Positions 30,604 to 41,214 of a DNA stretch of 60,321 nucleotides are shown one piece after another (the stretch's first letter is position 1; each line of letters starts with the position of its first letter). The translations under genes and the position numbers were made by a program. A model generated the notes under the pieces. That model made no database searches. It was not told where the DNA came from and worked only from the letters and a program-made list of their open reading frames with translations. This DNA comes from Pseudomonadota bacterium. Its GTDB lineage: Bacteria; Pseudomonadota; Alphaproteobacteria; Rhodobacterales; Rhodobacteraceae. The stretch spans positions 1 to 60,321 of the forward strand of contig JBCCPQ010000001.1 of NCBI GenBank assembly GCA_039024825.1, given 5' to 3'.

Positions 30604-30633
30604 GAGAGGGTCGCCTTCGGGCGGCCCTTTTGT
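30604..30633 (+). terminator. Intrinsic terminator
   Basis: GAGGGTCGCC-TTCG-GGCGGCCCTTTTGT directly after the stop codon. Confidence 0.75.
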
Positions 30634-31127
30634 CGTTCTCAAGGGAGTGAGGTCGATTGGAGTGGTACATTGGGTGCATGATCTTCGGTCGCGATCCGAC
30701 GGGGTGTTCCAACCGCGGCCACTCGGCAGGCGGTGCCTCCTCTGCTGAACTGATCTCTTGGCAAGAACATCACCAGCTCCTGAGCCGCGCAGCAACGATG
30801 GTCGAGACGGAGGCCGGACACGACCGTATCGTTCCGGTGGGACGGACACGCTTACGGACGCGGAATCGCGGTGAGCCGTTGATGGCGGGACTTATCGGTG
30901 GTCCGGCAACAGGTCAAAGCAGCAATGCGTCCGCTCACTCGCATCTCTCCTTCTTGCTCATCGATGTGGATCGCACGGGGGCGGTCCAGTCGTGCCCTTC
31001 GCTGGCGCTCCGGCAAGCACAAATACGGCTTCCACGGGCAGGCCCGCGGACCCTCCGCATTTGCGCTTGCGCCCGGTCCATTTGCCCCCGTGCTGTGTGA
31101 TCCCCATCGCAACAAGGAGAGATCCAA

Positions 31128-31334
31128 ATGACCAACCACTATGTCGCAACCGTTCCCGTCAAGTTCACCAACAGCGACGGCCAGGAACGCACCCGGTTCC
31201 AGCGCGTCGGCGCCATGTTTCGCAACACCCGCAGCGGCGACGGCTCGGAATTCTTCAGCCTCAAGCTCGACTTCCCTGTCGCGGTCCAGGAGCTGGTGAT
31301 GTTCCCACCGAGCGCCAAAGAACCCGAGGCCTGA
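31128..31334 (+). CDS. Small hypothetical backbone protein
   Basis: AAGGAG RBS; RVGAMF...FSLKLD pattern. Confidence 0.75.
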   Translation: MTNHYVATVPVKFTNSDGQERTRFQRVGAMFRNTRSGDGSEFFSLKLDFPVAVQELVMFPPSAKEPEA

Positions 31335-31916
31335 TCCGTCTCGCAGAGGGGCCGTCTTCAGGCGGCCCTGTCCCGTTACCGGGAGCGCTGCGCGAACGAA
31401 GGAGAGCCGGGCCGGTGGCCCGGCTCGCGTCATGGCTGGCGGGACCGCAAGCCGTCCCGAGGGAAAGAACAGTGATGGTCCGTGACAGGGCGGTCCACCG
31501 GCCTCAAGGGGGCCATCCGGAATAACCCGTCGGCTCCGCCTTCCGGGTTTTTCCGGCAGAGATTTGGCCGGCCAAATCTGGCCGCCCTTGACCCCGCCGG
31601 ACCGCCCCATCCCAGGAGGTTTGCGCCGCCCCCTCGTTTCCGTCCGAACATTTGCATGTTCGGTCAGAACCTCCTGCGCGGGCACAAGAAGGGCCGGGCG
31701 GAAGTCCCGGAATTGGGAAGCGGCGAGGCGGGCACCATGCGGCGTCGGTCTCGGCTTCTCATCGACCGCCTCGACACCCAAGAGTTCGACGAAAAGCGGC
31801 CCGCATACAGAAATACGTCAAAGTATCAATCATACTTTATTGACACAGAGCATTAGCTTTGTGATTGTAGAGAGGTCGCTGCTGAAGGTGGCAGGAAATA
31901 GGGGGGCTTTCTTCGC

Positions 31917-32495
31917 GTGTCCCAGACGAAACGACTAACAGCTAACCAGAAGATGGAGATTGTACGCGAGGCCGCGGAAGGCATCTCGACGGCGGATCTC
32001 TCGGAGCGGTTTGGGGTCTCTCAGAGAGCCATCCAATACACGCTGAAAGCCGATGCCGAACGGCAGAAAGATACTGCCGTGGCGACTGCGGCGGTGACCG
32101 TGAAGTTGACGCCGGAGGAGCTCGAGGCATTGGATGCCGTGTTTGCTGCAGCGGGGATCGAGACCCGCACTGATGGGCTGAGACGGCTGATCCAGTCTGC
32201 CGGCGGGACCTTTGTTCCGGACACTGAACTAGCGCAGCAAATGGAGCGGTACCGAACCTCGCTGCATGAAGTCGGCAATGGAGTTGTGCAGCTCTCCAAA
32301 CGTATGGCCGAGGCCAACAGGACTGGGCAGGGGGCGGTCGTTTTTTCCGACTTGCAGCTCGCTCAATTGCGCGGCCTCGCGCGGTTCATTCTCGATTCCG
32401 CCGACGAGATCGACCTGCTCGTGCGCCGCCGCCGGGACGCGATGCAGCTTGAAGCCGCAGCCGCGCTGAGGGAGTTTGCCCATGCGGCTGAATGA
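31917..32495 (+). CDS. HTH-containing relaxase accessory (MobC-like) protein
   Basis: N-terminal HTH (STADLSERFGVSQRAI), LHEVGNGVVQL MobC-like motif; overlaps the relaxase start. Confidence 0.75.
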   Translation: MSQTKRLTANQKMEIVREAAEGISTADLSERFGVSQRAIQYTLKADAERQKDTAVATAAVTVKLTPEELEALDAVFAAAGIETRTDGLRRLIQSAGGTFVPDTELAQQMERYRTSLHEVGNGVVQLSKRMAEANRTGQGAVVFSDLQLAQLRGLARFILDSADEIDLLVRRRRDAMQLEAAAALREFAHAAE

Positions 32496-34344
32496 TGCCG
32501 TCAACGACGTGACCGGTGAGGTTCTCCGGGATGGCTGGAGCCGGATCCGGGGCTCGATGCAGGGCTTGCATGTTGCTAAGCAGCGGCAGCTCATCCGCGC
32601 AGCGGCGGGACATCGCGCGGCGGTTTTCAAGGCGATCCGGGGTGGCGGCACGCATTCAAAATCCGAGCTCTCAAACCAGCTTGGTTACCTGACCACGAAG
32701 TCCACTCATATCGTCGACAGTTCCGGGTTCCTCGATGGCAAAGCGAGGCTCGACCACAAGGAGATCAAGGAGCTGACGGAGCGCTTCGCGAAACGCTGGA
32801 GCGCGGGGTTCAAACCGAAGCTTGGGCAGACCACACACGTGCTTCTGTCCTACCCGATCGGGACGCGCGGTTAGGACGTGCGTGACATCACCGCCAATGT
32901 CGCGGAGCGGTTCTTCCGAACCGATGAGGGGCATTTCGACTACATCATCGCGGTCCATGAGGACCGGGCGCATCCCCATGCCCATATCGTCCTGAACCGG
33001 CGGTCTCAGGAGGGGGAGTTCTTCTTCCTCGGCCGCGACCACCGGTTCAACTACGACGACTTCCGCCTCGCCATGGTCGAAGAAGCCGAGCGGTTCGGGG
33101 TCCGGCTGGAAGCCACGCGACGGATCGACCGGGGTGTCGTGCACTACCCGCCGCGAACCCGCGAGGTCTACGCCGCAAAGGAAGAGGGCAGGGTGCCAGA
33201 GCCGCGGCCCCGTATTGGGGCGGACCTAGAGCGCGCTCTGGCGGAGATCGCCAATACAAGGACTGTCTATCACGCGCTGGCCTCGGAGGCCTCCCGGGAG
33301 ACGCGGGAGGACATCTCCGACGCCCTCTTCCGGGCCGGGGAGCTCCTGGCGCAGGGCGGGAAACTCACCCTTCAAGGAGACGTCTACATGGCCGAGGAGC
33401 AGTCGTTCGATGAGTTGAGAACCCGCTATGCCGACCAGGTCGCACGCGTCCAGGGGATGATCGCGGAGAAGCCCGAGACGGATCGTCCGCAGCTGGAACG
33501 CAAGCTCAACGAGATCCAGGCGCGGCTCGCCCATATGCAGCCCCTGGGGCTGCGGTCGGTGACGCTCACCGAGCGGCCGTCCGAGGGCGGGGTCTATTCC
33601 GAGACGAATATCGACCGGGACCAGATCACGCGGCTTCAGGAACCGGACGTCCGGGCGCAGATCGATACCGCGCTCAGAGGCACCGGGATCCGGTCTTCCG
33701 TCGTGATCGCACGAATGGAGACTGGGGCGCAGAACGCCGCGCTTGAGCGCCAATGGATCGCCGATGATCTGCAGCGCGTGGCGGAGACCGATGGGCTCAA
33801 TCTCGAGCGTCGCGCCGACCTCAAGGCTGCCCGCGAGGCTTTGAACCGGGCTCATGTGCAGCTCGGGATCACCCTCGAAAGGAACGAGGTGCTTCGAGAG
33901 GATGGTGTGATTGACGAGGAGCGCGACGCGGCTTTGAGCGATCGCGCCCTGTCGGAGACGGGAGCGCGGGAGGCGACGGAGGCCGTTAGAGCACGCATTC
34001 TCGATCCGGAAGTGCGGCGGGTTCTCGAGCATGAGAGGTCAGGCGAGATGTCCGAACCCTTCCCGGATGCCGATCAGCGGCTGACCTATCGCGAGGCGGT
34101 CGAGCGGGAGCTTGATGCAGAGCAGATCGATCGATTGCGCGACGGCGACGCGGAGGTCCTGCGGGAGCAGATCACGAACCGTCTGGATCGTCTCTACGCC
34201 GCGAAAGTCTACCTGCAATCAGATGAGACAACCGCGAAAAGCGAGGCGGCTAGGGTCGTTGTCGAAGAGATCGCCGACCGGGAATACGAACTCCACCGCG
34301 CTGATCTTACCGATGGTGAGAAAGAGCGCGGGGATACGCACTAA
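32482..34344 (+). pseudogene. VirD2-like (MOBP) relaxase interrupted by in-frame TAG
   Basis: QLGYLTTK and THVLLSYP upstream; TAG 32872-32874; VHEDRAHPHAHIVLN HUH motif downstream in the same frame. Confidence 0.85.
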
Positions 34345-36356
34345 TGGGCGGTCTCGGCAAAGGGAGGCTCGCCGTCGGCGTGTTTCTGGTGACGCTCGTC
34401 GCGGTGGCGGTCGGCTACGTCATCGCCTCGGCCATGCTGACCTTCCGTGATCTGGGGTTTCAGGCGAATCCCAATTTTATCTACATCGCCGAGAACTACC
34501 TGGGGCTCCGGGAGACCCGTCCGGACGACTTTCGGTTGGTCAACCTGATTATGGGCGGGACCGGCGTCTTGGGTCTTCTGATGAGCTTGGCAATGTCCGG
34601 CTCAGCCCTCACTCGCTTTGGCTATACCCATTGGCAGACCCGTCGGGAGATGAAGCGGAACGGGTTCTTCGGCCCGCCGGGCACCGGCTTCGTGATTGGC
34701 AAACTTGGCAAGCCCACCTCCCGCGCGCCGTTGCTCTGCTCGAAGACCTTCCCGCATGCCCTTATCGTGGCGCCGACCGGGCGCGGCAAGACCACTGGGT
34801 TCGTGATCCCGAACCTCCTGACCTGGCAAGGCTCGGCGGTCGTTCTCGACGTGAAGGGCGAATGTTATGAGGCTTCGGCGCGCCACCGAGCCTCGGCGGG
34901 CGACACGGTTTTCCGCTTCGCGCCGACCGACTGGGAGACCAAGCGCACCCATCGTTATAATCCGCTTCTGAGGATCTACGAGCTGAAAGATCCCGCACGC
35001 CAGCAGATGGAACTCCTCCTGCTCGCAACGCTTTTTCTGCAGAACGACAACGACCGGGTGCAGGGCCTCCTGAAAGGCGGGATCGATCTTTTCGTCGCCG
35101 CCGGCCTTCTGGCGTTCCAGCGGCACCGCCCGACCCTCGGCGAGATCTACCGGATCACTGCCTCAGGCGGGCACAAGCAGAAGGAATACCTCGCCCGCGC
35201 CCATGAGGTCCGGAACCCGGCGGCACGACTGATCTTCACCCGGCTCGCCTCGACCAACAACGACACGCTGACCTCCTATGTCTCGCTCCTGATGACCTCC
35301 GGCCTCGATCAGTGGCAGAATCCGGCGATCGACACGGCCACAGCAGTGTCGGATTTCGACTTCCGGACGATCCGCAAGAAACCCTTAAGCGTCTATCTCG
35401 TGGTCCAGCCGCTCATGGTGAAACCGCTGTCACCACTGATCCGGCTGTTCTTTTCGGACCTACTCTCGGCGCTTCAGGACAAAGAACCGGGCCCTGACGA
35501 GCCTTGGCCGGTGATGATCCTCCTCGACGAATTCAACCGGCTCGGCAAGATGCCGATCGTCGCCGAAAGCATCGAGATCCTGCGCCAGTATCGCGGGCAT
35601 CTCGCGATCGTCACCCAGACTATCCCCGCCATCGACGAGATCTACGGCGAGAACACGCGGCGCGCGCTACAGGGCAACGCCGGCATCAAGCTTTACCTCA
35701 CACCCTCTGACGAGAAGACCGTCGAGGAGTTGAGCAAGGCCGTCGGTAAGACCACGAAGACCGTAGTCACACGCTCCCGCGCCATCGGCAAGAACCCCTT
35801 CGAAGGCCGCAGCCAGTCAGAGCGTACAGAAGAGGTCTCGCTTTTGCCAGAGGACGAGGCGCGACGGCTGCCGCTCGACGAGATCATTGTCGTCGTCGAT
35901 GCCCAGATGCCGGTGAAGGCCAAGCGCGTGGTGTATTTCGAGGACCAGTTCTTCAAGAGCATTCATGCCGCGCAGAAGGGGGAGCTACCGTTTCCGGAAG
36001 GACCGGTCCCCCCGATGGGGAAGCTGCCGCTAAGCGTGCGAGCGACGCCGACAGCGCCGAGGGGCGCGGGCTTGACGGAGAAGGATTTCGAGGCGCGGAT
36101 GGGGATTGGCGCGTATGGTGCGAACGTGCCAGCTTACCCGGAAGCAGCTCCGGACGGGCGGCAAGTTCGCGCAGCGGTGATCGCGGACGATCAGCGGCAG
36201 TTCGAGATGGATTTTGGCGCTCAGGCGGAATTCGATGTCGAGGCTGCGAGTGAGGATGACCTAGCCGTTGTTCAGGACGCTCTGAGCGAGTTGGATCGGC
36301 TCGAAGGGGAGATTGCGGGTGCTTCGAAGCGGGCTGAGAGGATCGTGGCGCGCTGA
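34344..36356 (+). CDS. virD4: Type IV coupling protein VirD4/TraG
   Basis: Two TM helices, APTGRGKT, LDVKGE, LLDEF, VTQT. Confidence 0.93.
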   Translation: MGGLGKGRLAVGVFLVTLVAVAVGYVIASAMLTFRDLGFQANPNFIYIAENYLGLRETRPDDFRLVNLIMGGTGVLGLLMSLAMSGSALTRFGYTHWQTRREMKRNGFFGPPGTGFVIGKLGKPTSRAPLLCSKTFPHALIVAPTGRGKTTGFVIPNLLTWQGSAVVLDVKGECYEASARHRASAGDTVFRFAPTDWETKRTHRYNPLLRIYELKDPARQQMELLLLATLFLQNDNDRVQGLLKGGIDLFVAAGLLAFQRHRPTLGEIYRITASGGHKQKEYLARAHEVRNPAARLIFTRLASTNNDTLTSYVSLLMTSGLDQWQNPAIDTATAVSDFDFRTIRKKPLSVYLVVQPLMVKPLSPLIRLFFSDLLSALQDKEPGPDEPWPVMILLDEFNRLGKMPIVAESIEILRQYRGHLAIVTQTIPAIDEIYGENTRRALQGNAGIKLYLTPSDEKTVEELSKAVGKTTKTVVTRSRAIGKNPFEGRSQSERTEEVSLLPEDEARRLPLDEIIVVVDAQMPVKAKRVVYFEDQFFKSIHAAQKGELPFPEGPVPPMGKLPLSVRATPTAPRGAGLTEKDFEARMGIGAYGANVPAYPEAAPDGRQVRAAVIADDQRQFEMDFGAQAEFDVEAASEDDLAVVQDALSELDRLEGEIAGASKRAERIVAR

Positions 36357-36421
36357 GAGATAACGCCGCTTTGAACAGCCTACAGCATTGCTTTCAGTGA
36401 CTTCTCCCAAGCCTGGCGACA

Positions 36422-37516
36422 TTAATTGCGATCAAGCCGTTTGTTCCTCTCAAGCTGAGCTTGATACCGTGCCGCGGAGCTGGTGTCTGCCGGGTTTTGA
36501 GTGGGGCTGGCAACCGGTTGGTTTGGTGCCGCCCCGAAGTATCTGCGTTCCGGCATGGGAGCTATGCCTATTAAGGCGCGGGCACGCAGAGCGGCATATT
36601 CAGATCCTGTCGCGCCTCCCGTGAGGTATCTGTTCTGTGCTTGCTGCGAGCCAAAGGCAGCGCGACCGAAGGCATAGGCTCCGCCAAGACCGCCGGAAAT
36701 CGCTGGCACCATGATATTTCCGGAAACGGCGCGCACAATGAAAGGTGTCGCGATGATGAAGCCCTTCGCCATCAGAACCATCATGAAAAAGGGAACGAGA
36801 GCACCAATGTTGGGGGCGGCGGTTGGATCGCCAAGCTCGCCTAGGAGAGCTGTTGAAACGCCAGTGATGGTTGAGAACACGCCAGCGATGATGATCGGAT
36901 ACAGGGCAAAGGAAACGACCGCCGACAGCCACCGGGCGAAATAGTCCTTCGTAACTTCAAAGAGCGTCAGGAAGATCATGATCGGTGCGAGACCGAGCAA
37001 GAGCGCGATCATTAGGCGCGAGGCGACCATGAGGAAGGCGGCAAGTGCTCCGAGGAGCGAGAGAAGGAAGACGCCAAGGTTAGAGAGAATTGCACCGGCC
37101 ATCCAGTTGAGTTCCTCTCCGGCTGCATTCAAGTAATCACCGAAACGAGCGATCATGCGATCGAATTCTTCGGCGTATGTTCCAGATGGGCCTGGTGCGC
37201 CGCCGCCCACTGCAGCAATCAGCGATCCGGCAATGCTGTCGATACCGCTCAGGATCGCTGCGGAGAGTGCGTTAAATTGGGTCCAGTTCTGCGCGAAAAT
37301 GCCGATCAGGACGATTTTCACTGCGAGCCAGAAAGCTGTTCGACCGTCCATGGCGCGATACAGGAAGACCATGTTGATGCAGACCAAGATGAGAACCAGC
37401 GTTGCACCCAAGGTCGTAATCGTGCCGACCGTGGCCGCGACGGCGCCAAATTGGGTTTCTGCCGCATCATCGAGAAACCCTTGAGCTTCGTCGACGATGT
37501 AGGACACAACGCTCAT
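36422..37516 (-). CDS. virB6: T4SS VirB6/TrbL
   Basis: Polytopic membrane protein, LGLAPIMI...TKDYFARW; end of virB operon. Confidence 0.88.
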   Translation of the reverse strand: MSVVSYIVDEAQGFLDDAAETQFGAVAATVGTITTLGATLVLILVCINMVFLYRAMDGRTAFWLAVKIVLIGIFAQNWTQFNALSAAILSGIDSIAGSLIAAVGGGAPGPSGTYAEEFDRMIARFGDYLNAAGEELNWMAGAILSNLGVFLLSLLGALAAFLMVASRLMIALLLGLAPIMIFLTLFEVTKDYFARWLSAVVSFALYPIIIAGVFSTITGVSTALLGELGDPTAAPNIGALVPFFMMVLMAKGFIIATPFIVRAVSGNIMVPAISGGLGGAYAFGRAAFGSQQAQNRYLTGGATGSEYAALRARALIGIAPMPERRYFGAAPNQPVASPTQNPADTSSAARYQAQLERNKRLDRN

Positions 37517-37530
37517 GTCTTACCCCTATC

Positions 37531-37932
37531 TCACCAGTTTCCGGCTGCTTCGCAGATTTCCCTTGCAGCTGACCGAAGCTTGTTGAACCGGGTCAAATAG
37601 CGATCTTCCGCGTCTCGCATCACGTTTCGATCAGCGCCGAGGTACCGGTCGCTAAAGTGCTGAACTGCGGCCTCCCAGGACGGGAAACGCGTTGCACAGG
37701 AGCACTCGCCAGCTTCGACGACGCGCTCGAGGCCCTGGGCGCGATAGATTGTTTGAATCACCAAGCGCTTGTAGTTCTCCCGCGACGGCAACCTACCCAT
37801 CCATTCAGGCTCCTTGGGACGCTCTTGGCAGAATTCGACTTGTTGCTCCATTGTCGGAACCAAGCCCTGGGCGAAAGCCAATGATGGAGCCGAAAGCACC
37901 GCAACCATGAGAACTGCTTTGAAGCAGCTCAT
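37531..37932 (-). CDS. Secreted hypothetical protein in virB operon
   Basis: Signal peptide AFA|Q, CSC motif, coupled to neighbours. Confidence 0.7.
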   Translation of the reverse strand: MSCFKAVLMVAVLSAPSLAFAQGLVPTMEQQVEFCQERPKEPEWMGRLPSRENYKRLVIQTIYRAQGLERVVEAGECSCATRFPSWEAAVQHFSDRYLGADRNVMRDAEDRYLTRFNKLRSAAREICEAAGNW

Positions 37933-38141
37933 GCCCGTTTCTCCATAATCTGCTTGTACTCATCTTCTAAGATTTCTCGTTGCAAGACGACCGTTAGGAT
38001 CGGTTGCAATCCCTGCATTTGCGTAGCGGAGATAATCTCCCAACCTTCAATCGTGTAGGTGAAAAGGATGTCTTCTGTTTTTTCCATCGAGGCCTTTTCA
38101 GTCGGCGAGAACGTTAGGATTTTCGGCTCATAGCGTTTCAC
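37929..38141 (-). CDS. Small DUF4177-like protein
   Basis: MKRYEPKI...EGWEII...VVLQRE; 4-nt overlaps on both sides. Confidence 0.65.
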   Translation of the reverse strand: MKRYEPKILTFSPTEKASMEKTEDILFTYTIEGWEIISATQMQGLQPILTVVLQREILEDEYKQIMEKRA

Positions 38142-39124
38142 GTGTCGCTCTCCTCAAATGATGTGCCCGGAAGATAAAACTCTGTAATCCCCCGTTTTCC
38201 GTCCTTGCGGCCGGCCTGGATAATCACGTCGATGGAGCTTTCGATGTAGTCTATCATATCGCGGTAAGAGATCGGGACGTCTGTCTTGAGCGCTGCGATG
38301 GCTAGGCGCTGGACCGCCAATTGCGGTGTTTCGGCGTGGAGCGTGGTCATGGAGCCGCCATGACCCGTGTTGATAACTTCGAGGAAGGTCATGGCCTCTT
38401 TGCCGCGCACTTCGCCCAGGATGATGCGATCTGGCCGCATGCGAAGCGTCGCGGTGAGCAGAACATCAGCGGTTTGGTTTACGGCATCCCGGTTTGAGAT
38501 CAGCGTCACAGCGTTCGGCTGCTTCGGTAGAAGCTCAGCGGCCTCCTCAATCGTTACAATCCGCTCGTCATCGCTGACGTAAGACAGGATCTTCCGCGCA
38601 GCGACTGTCTTGCCAGTCGAGGTGCCGCCGGAGACGATCATATTGAGTTTGTTTTCGACGCAATGCCGGATCGCCGCTTCGATGTCGCCGCTAATCACCA
38701 CTTCCCGAAGCTGGCGGTTCTTCTCCTGCCGCAGCTCTTCCAACTTCCGCTCGGTGCCATAGAGGAAGCCGAGCTCGATTGACTCAAGCGGCAGGCTTGA
38801 GAAAAAGCGCAGGCTGATCGACATACCCCGGCTGACGGCAGGCGGTGTGATGACCTGGGCGCGGATCGGGCGGTCGCGATACGCGATCGAAACCGAGACA
38901 ATCGGCCGATCTTTAGAAAGTGGCGTAGAGGCATCCGAGGCGATCTGGTTGCCGAGGTCTTTGATCTGATCTTCCGTCAGCGTCTGATCCAAGCGATGCA
39001 TGAAATGGTTGCCCTGGAACTCCCCCCAACAAGATCCATCCGGATTAATACAGATCTCGATCACGTTCTCGCGTTTGGCATCTTCCAGCTTGTCGATGGA
39101 GGCTTGAAGGTAGCTGAGTGACAT
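38138..39124 (-). CDS. virB11: T4SS ATPase VirB11
   Basis: EICIN, GGTSTGKT, TIEEAAEL, LRMRPDRIILGEVRG, NTGHGGSMTTLHA. Confidence 0.95.
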   Translation of the reverse strand: MSLSYLQASIDKLEDAKRENVIEICINPDGSCWGEFQGNHFMHRLDQTLTEDQIKDLGNQIASDASTPLSKDRPIVSVSIAYRDRPIRAQVITPPAVSRGMSISLRFFSSLPLESIELGFLYGTERKLEELRQEKNRQLREVVISGDIEAAIRHCVENKLNMIVSGGTSTGKTVAARKILSYVSDDERIVTIEEAAELLPKQPNAVTLISNRDAVNQTADVLLTATLRMRPDRIILGEVRGKEAMTFLEVINTGHGGSMTTLHAETPQLAVQRLAIAALKTDVPISYRDMIDYIESSIDVIIQAGRKDGKRGITEFYLPGTSFEESDT

Positions 39125-39126
39125 CG

Positions 39127-40521
39127 TCAGAAGATCTCCAGGTCCCGGTCCACCATCACGGTGATCCGCGCGCCCTGGTCCACGTAAATCACGGGGCCGA
39201 TGGACAGATACTCACCAATCACGCTGTCGGTGGCGTCGGCGAGATCGTCGCCAATGTCTTCGAGGACATCTTCGGCGAGTTCGTCTTCCGTTTCATTGGT
39301 CGCGACGGTCGGCGCAGCCGAAATCAGCGAGATGAGTGCGGCGGATCCGAAGCGTTCGGCAAAACGCGTGTCGACAAATCCTGTCGTGCCAGAGCGGCCA
39401 AGTTCATCGGCCCCGAAGGCGCTGATTTGGATGGACTGATCGCCGGGAAGGATGACCCGGTCCCAAGCGATGGTCAGGCGGCGCTGCGCGATATCCACCC
39501 CTGAGCGGTACCGTCCGATCAGCCGAGACCCGGCGGGAATGAGTAGGCGGGTGCCGTCATAGCTGTAGACATTCTCCGAGGTGATGGCCCGGACCTGTCC
39601 GGCCAACTCGCTTGTGATCGCTGTTTCCAATGCAGCTTGGATCACGGTGCCCTGAATGACGGTATTTGCCGGGTTGGCGATGACCTCGGATTGTGTGACG
39701 GGGCTTGGTGAGGCGCCGTTCAAAACGAAGTCGGCCGCATCGCTCAAGGTGCGCTCCGTCAGTTCCGCGCCTTCTGAACCTCCCGTGGCGCCGCCGAAGG
39801 CGATGACCGGGGAGAGGATGCGGCGCTCCTCGAAGGCGCGCTCTTCCTCGGCTCGGCGTTGGAGCTCGGTCAGTCGGCGCGCTTCTTCCTCTTGGCGTCG
39901 CCGTTCCTCCTCCATGCGTCGAAACTCGTCGTCGGTCGGATCCGCCGTGGCCGGGATGGGCTGTTGGGCCTCTAGCTGAGCCAGGTCGAGGTCCATGCGC
40001 AGCTGTTGCAGTTCGCGATCCCGGGCTTCCAACTCATCCGCGAATTGCTGCTGCGCGGCCTCCGAGGCGGCCTGTAGCTCCGCCAGCTGCGCGGTCAGCG
40101 CGTTGATGGCGTCTGCCGCCGTCGTGTCTTCTTCCCCGACGGGATCAGGCGCGTTCCGGATGGTTTCGATCTGGGCTTGCAGAGCCGCGATCTGTGCCAG
40201 GAGTTCGGCGTTGGGCTCCGGTGCGGGGGCAGGGACCTCCACGACTTCCGGCTCTGCCGGTCCACGGGGGACGAACGGCTCGATGGTGCCGAAACCATCG
40301 CCTTCGGGTTGGAACTCGTCTGGTGTGGCGGTAGGCAGGATCACCTCTTCCTCGGGCTGATCCAAGAGGTAGAGTACGGTGCCGCCGAGGCCGATCAGTA
40401 CCACAATCAAGAGGGCCGTCAGGGGCGAGCGGCGAGTCGCGGTGACGGGACTGCCGGAGGCGCCGGCTTCGAGCCTGGCAAGGCGTTCGGACACGTCGGG
40501 ATGGTTTGGATCTTCACTCAT
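39127..40521 (-). CDS. virB10: T4SS VirB10/TrbI
   Basis: TM helix + Pro-rich + coiled coil; QGTVIQAALETAI, LLIPAGSRLIG, DELGRSG, VDRDL. Confidence 0.92.
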   Translation of the reverse strand: MSEDPNHPDVSERLARLEAGASGSPVTATRRSPLTALLIVVLIGLGGTVLYLLDQPEEEVILPTATPDEFQPEGDGFGTIEPFVPRGPAEPEVVEVPAPAPEPNAELLAQIAALQAQIETIRNAPDPVGEEDTTAADAINALTAQLAELQAASEAAQQQFADELEARDRELQQLRMDLDLAQLEAQQPIPATADPTDDEFRRMEEERRRQEEEARRLTELQRRAEEERAFEERRILSPVIAFGGATGGSEGAELTERTLSDAADFVLNGASPSPVTQSEVIANPANTVIQGTVIQAALETAITSELAGQVRAITSENVYSYDGTRLLIPAGSRLIGRYRSGVDIAQRRLTIAWDRVILPGDQSIQISAFGADELGRSGTTGFVDTRFAERFGSAALISLISAAPTVATNETEDELAEDVLEDIGDDLADATDSVIGEYLSIGPVIYVDQGARITVMVDRDLEIF

Positions 40522-41213
40522 GAAGAGCCTCCCGTCAGGGCATTGGATTGGATGCAGACCACGATATCACCGAGGCGCAGCACCCATTGCGCGCTTACGC
40601 CCGAGACGCGGAGAACGCCCGCTTCGGTGGCTTGCGTGTTGACCGTCCGTTCGCGCCCGTTCGAGTACCGGAATATGGCGGGCACCGAAGCGTTCCGGGC
40701 GAACCGGAAGTAGGTGAAGGTGCCGTCATCCCAGACACGAAGAGGGGTGATTTCATTCTGATCACTGGCACCGTAATTGTAGTTCGGCGCTTGCGCGGCG
40801 ACGACATTCCGCAGGCGTCGTTCGTCATCCGGATAGCGGAACTGAACAACGTAGAAGGTGGGCGTCGAGACTTCCTGGACGTTGAAATAGTAGCTTCGGC
40901 GGTTGGTGTAGACGGTGACGTTGGTGTGGACGCCGCGGGCGAGCGGCTTGATGGCAAAGGCCTGACCGCCGGGAACGCCGTCGAGTTCGAACCCTTCGGT
41001 GTCGCCTGAGAGGATCGACCGAATGGTTTCCCCGTCGCCAAACTCGATGGTCGTTACATGGGTGAGCGATATGTTCAGGCGGAAGACCTGGCCTTCCTGG
41101 TAGGTCGCGATCCGGACGCGCGGATCGTGCGCGCCACGGCGCGGCGTCGCTTCGGCAAAGACCTTGGAAGCTATGAAGATCAGGATCAAAACGCCATGTC
41201 CGATGCGTCGCAT
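40518..41213 (-). CDS. virB9: T4SS VirB9/TrbG
   Basis: HDPRVR, TNVTVYTNRRSY, NYNYG, VWDDGTFTYFRF, WVLRLG. Confidence 0.92.
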   Translation of the reverse strand: MRRIGHGVLILIFIASKVFAEATPRRGAHDPRVRIATYQEGQVFRLNISLTHVTTIEFGDGETIRSILSGDTEGFELDGVPGGQAFAIKPLARGVHTNVTVYTNRRSYYFNVQEVSTPTFYVVQFRYPDDERRLRNVVAAQAPNYNYGASDQNEITPLRVWDDGTFTYFRFARNASVPAIFRYSNGRERTVNTQATEAGVLRVSGVSAQWVLRLGDIVVCIQSNALTGGSS

Positions 41214-41214
41214 A

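Noticed and set aside
31820-31845. AAAGTAT-N5-ATACTTT inverted repeat plus TTGACA as the MOBP oriT
   Set aside because: Position upstream of the mobC-like gene is suggestive, but I could not identify a nic consensus
32872-32874. Stop-codon recoding (TAG at 32872 and 3487, TGA at 22267)
   Set aside because: TAG and TGA serve as normal stops throughout the window; point mutations explain these
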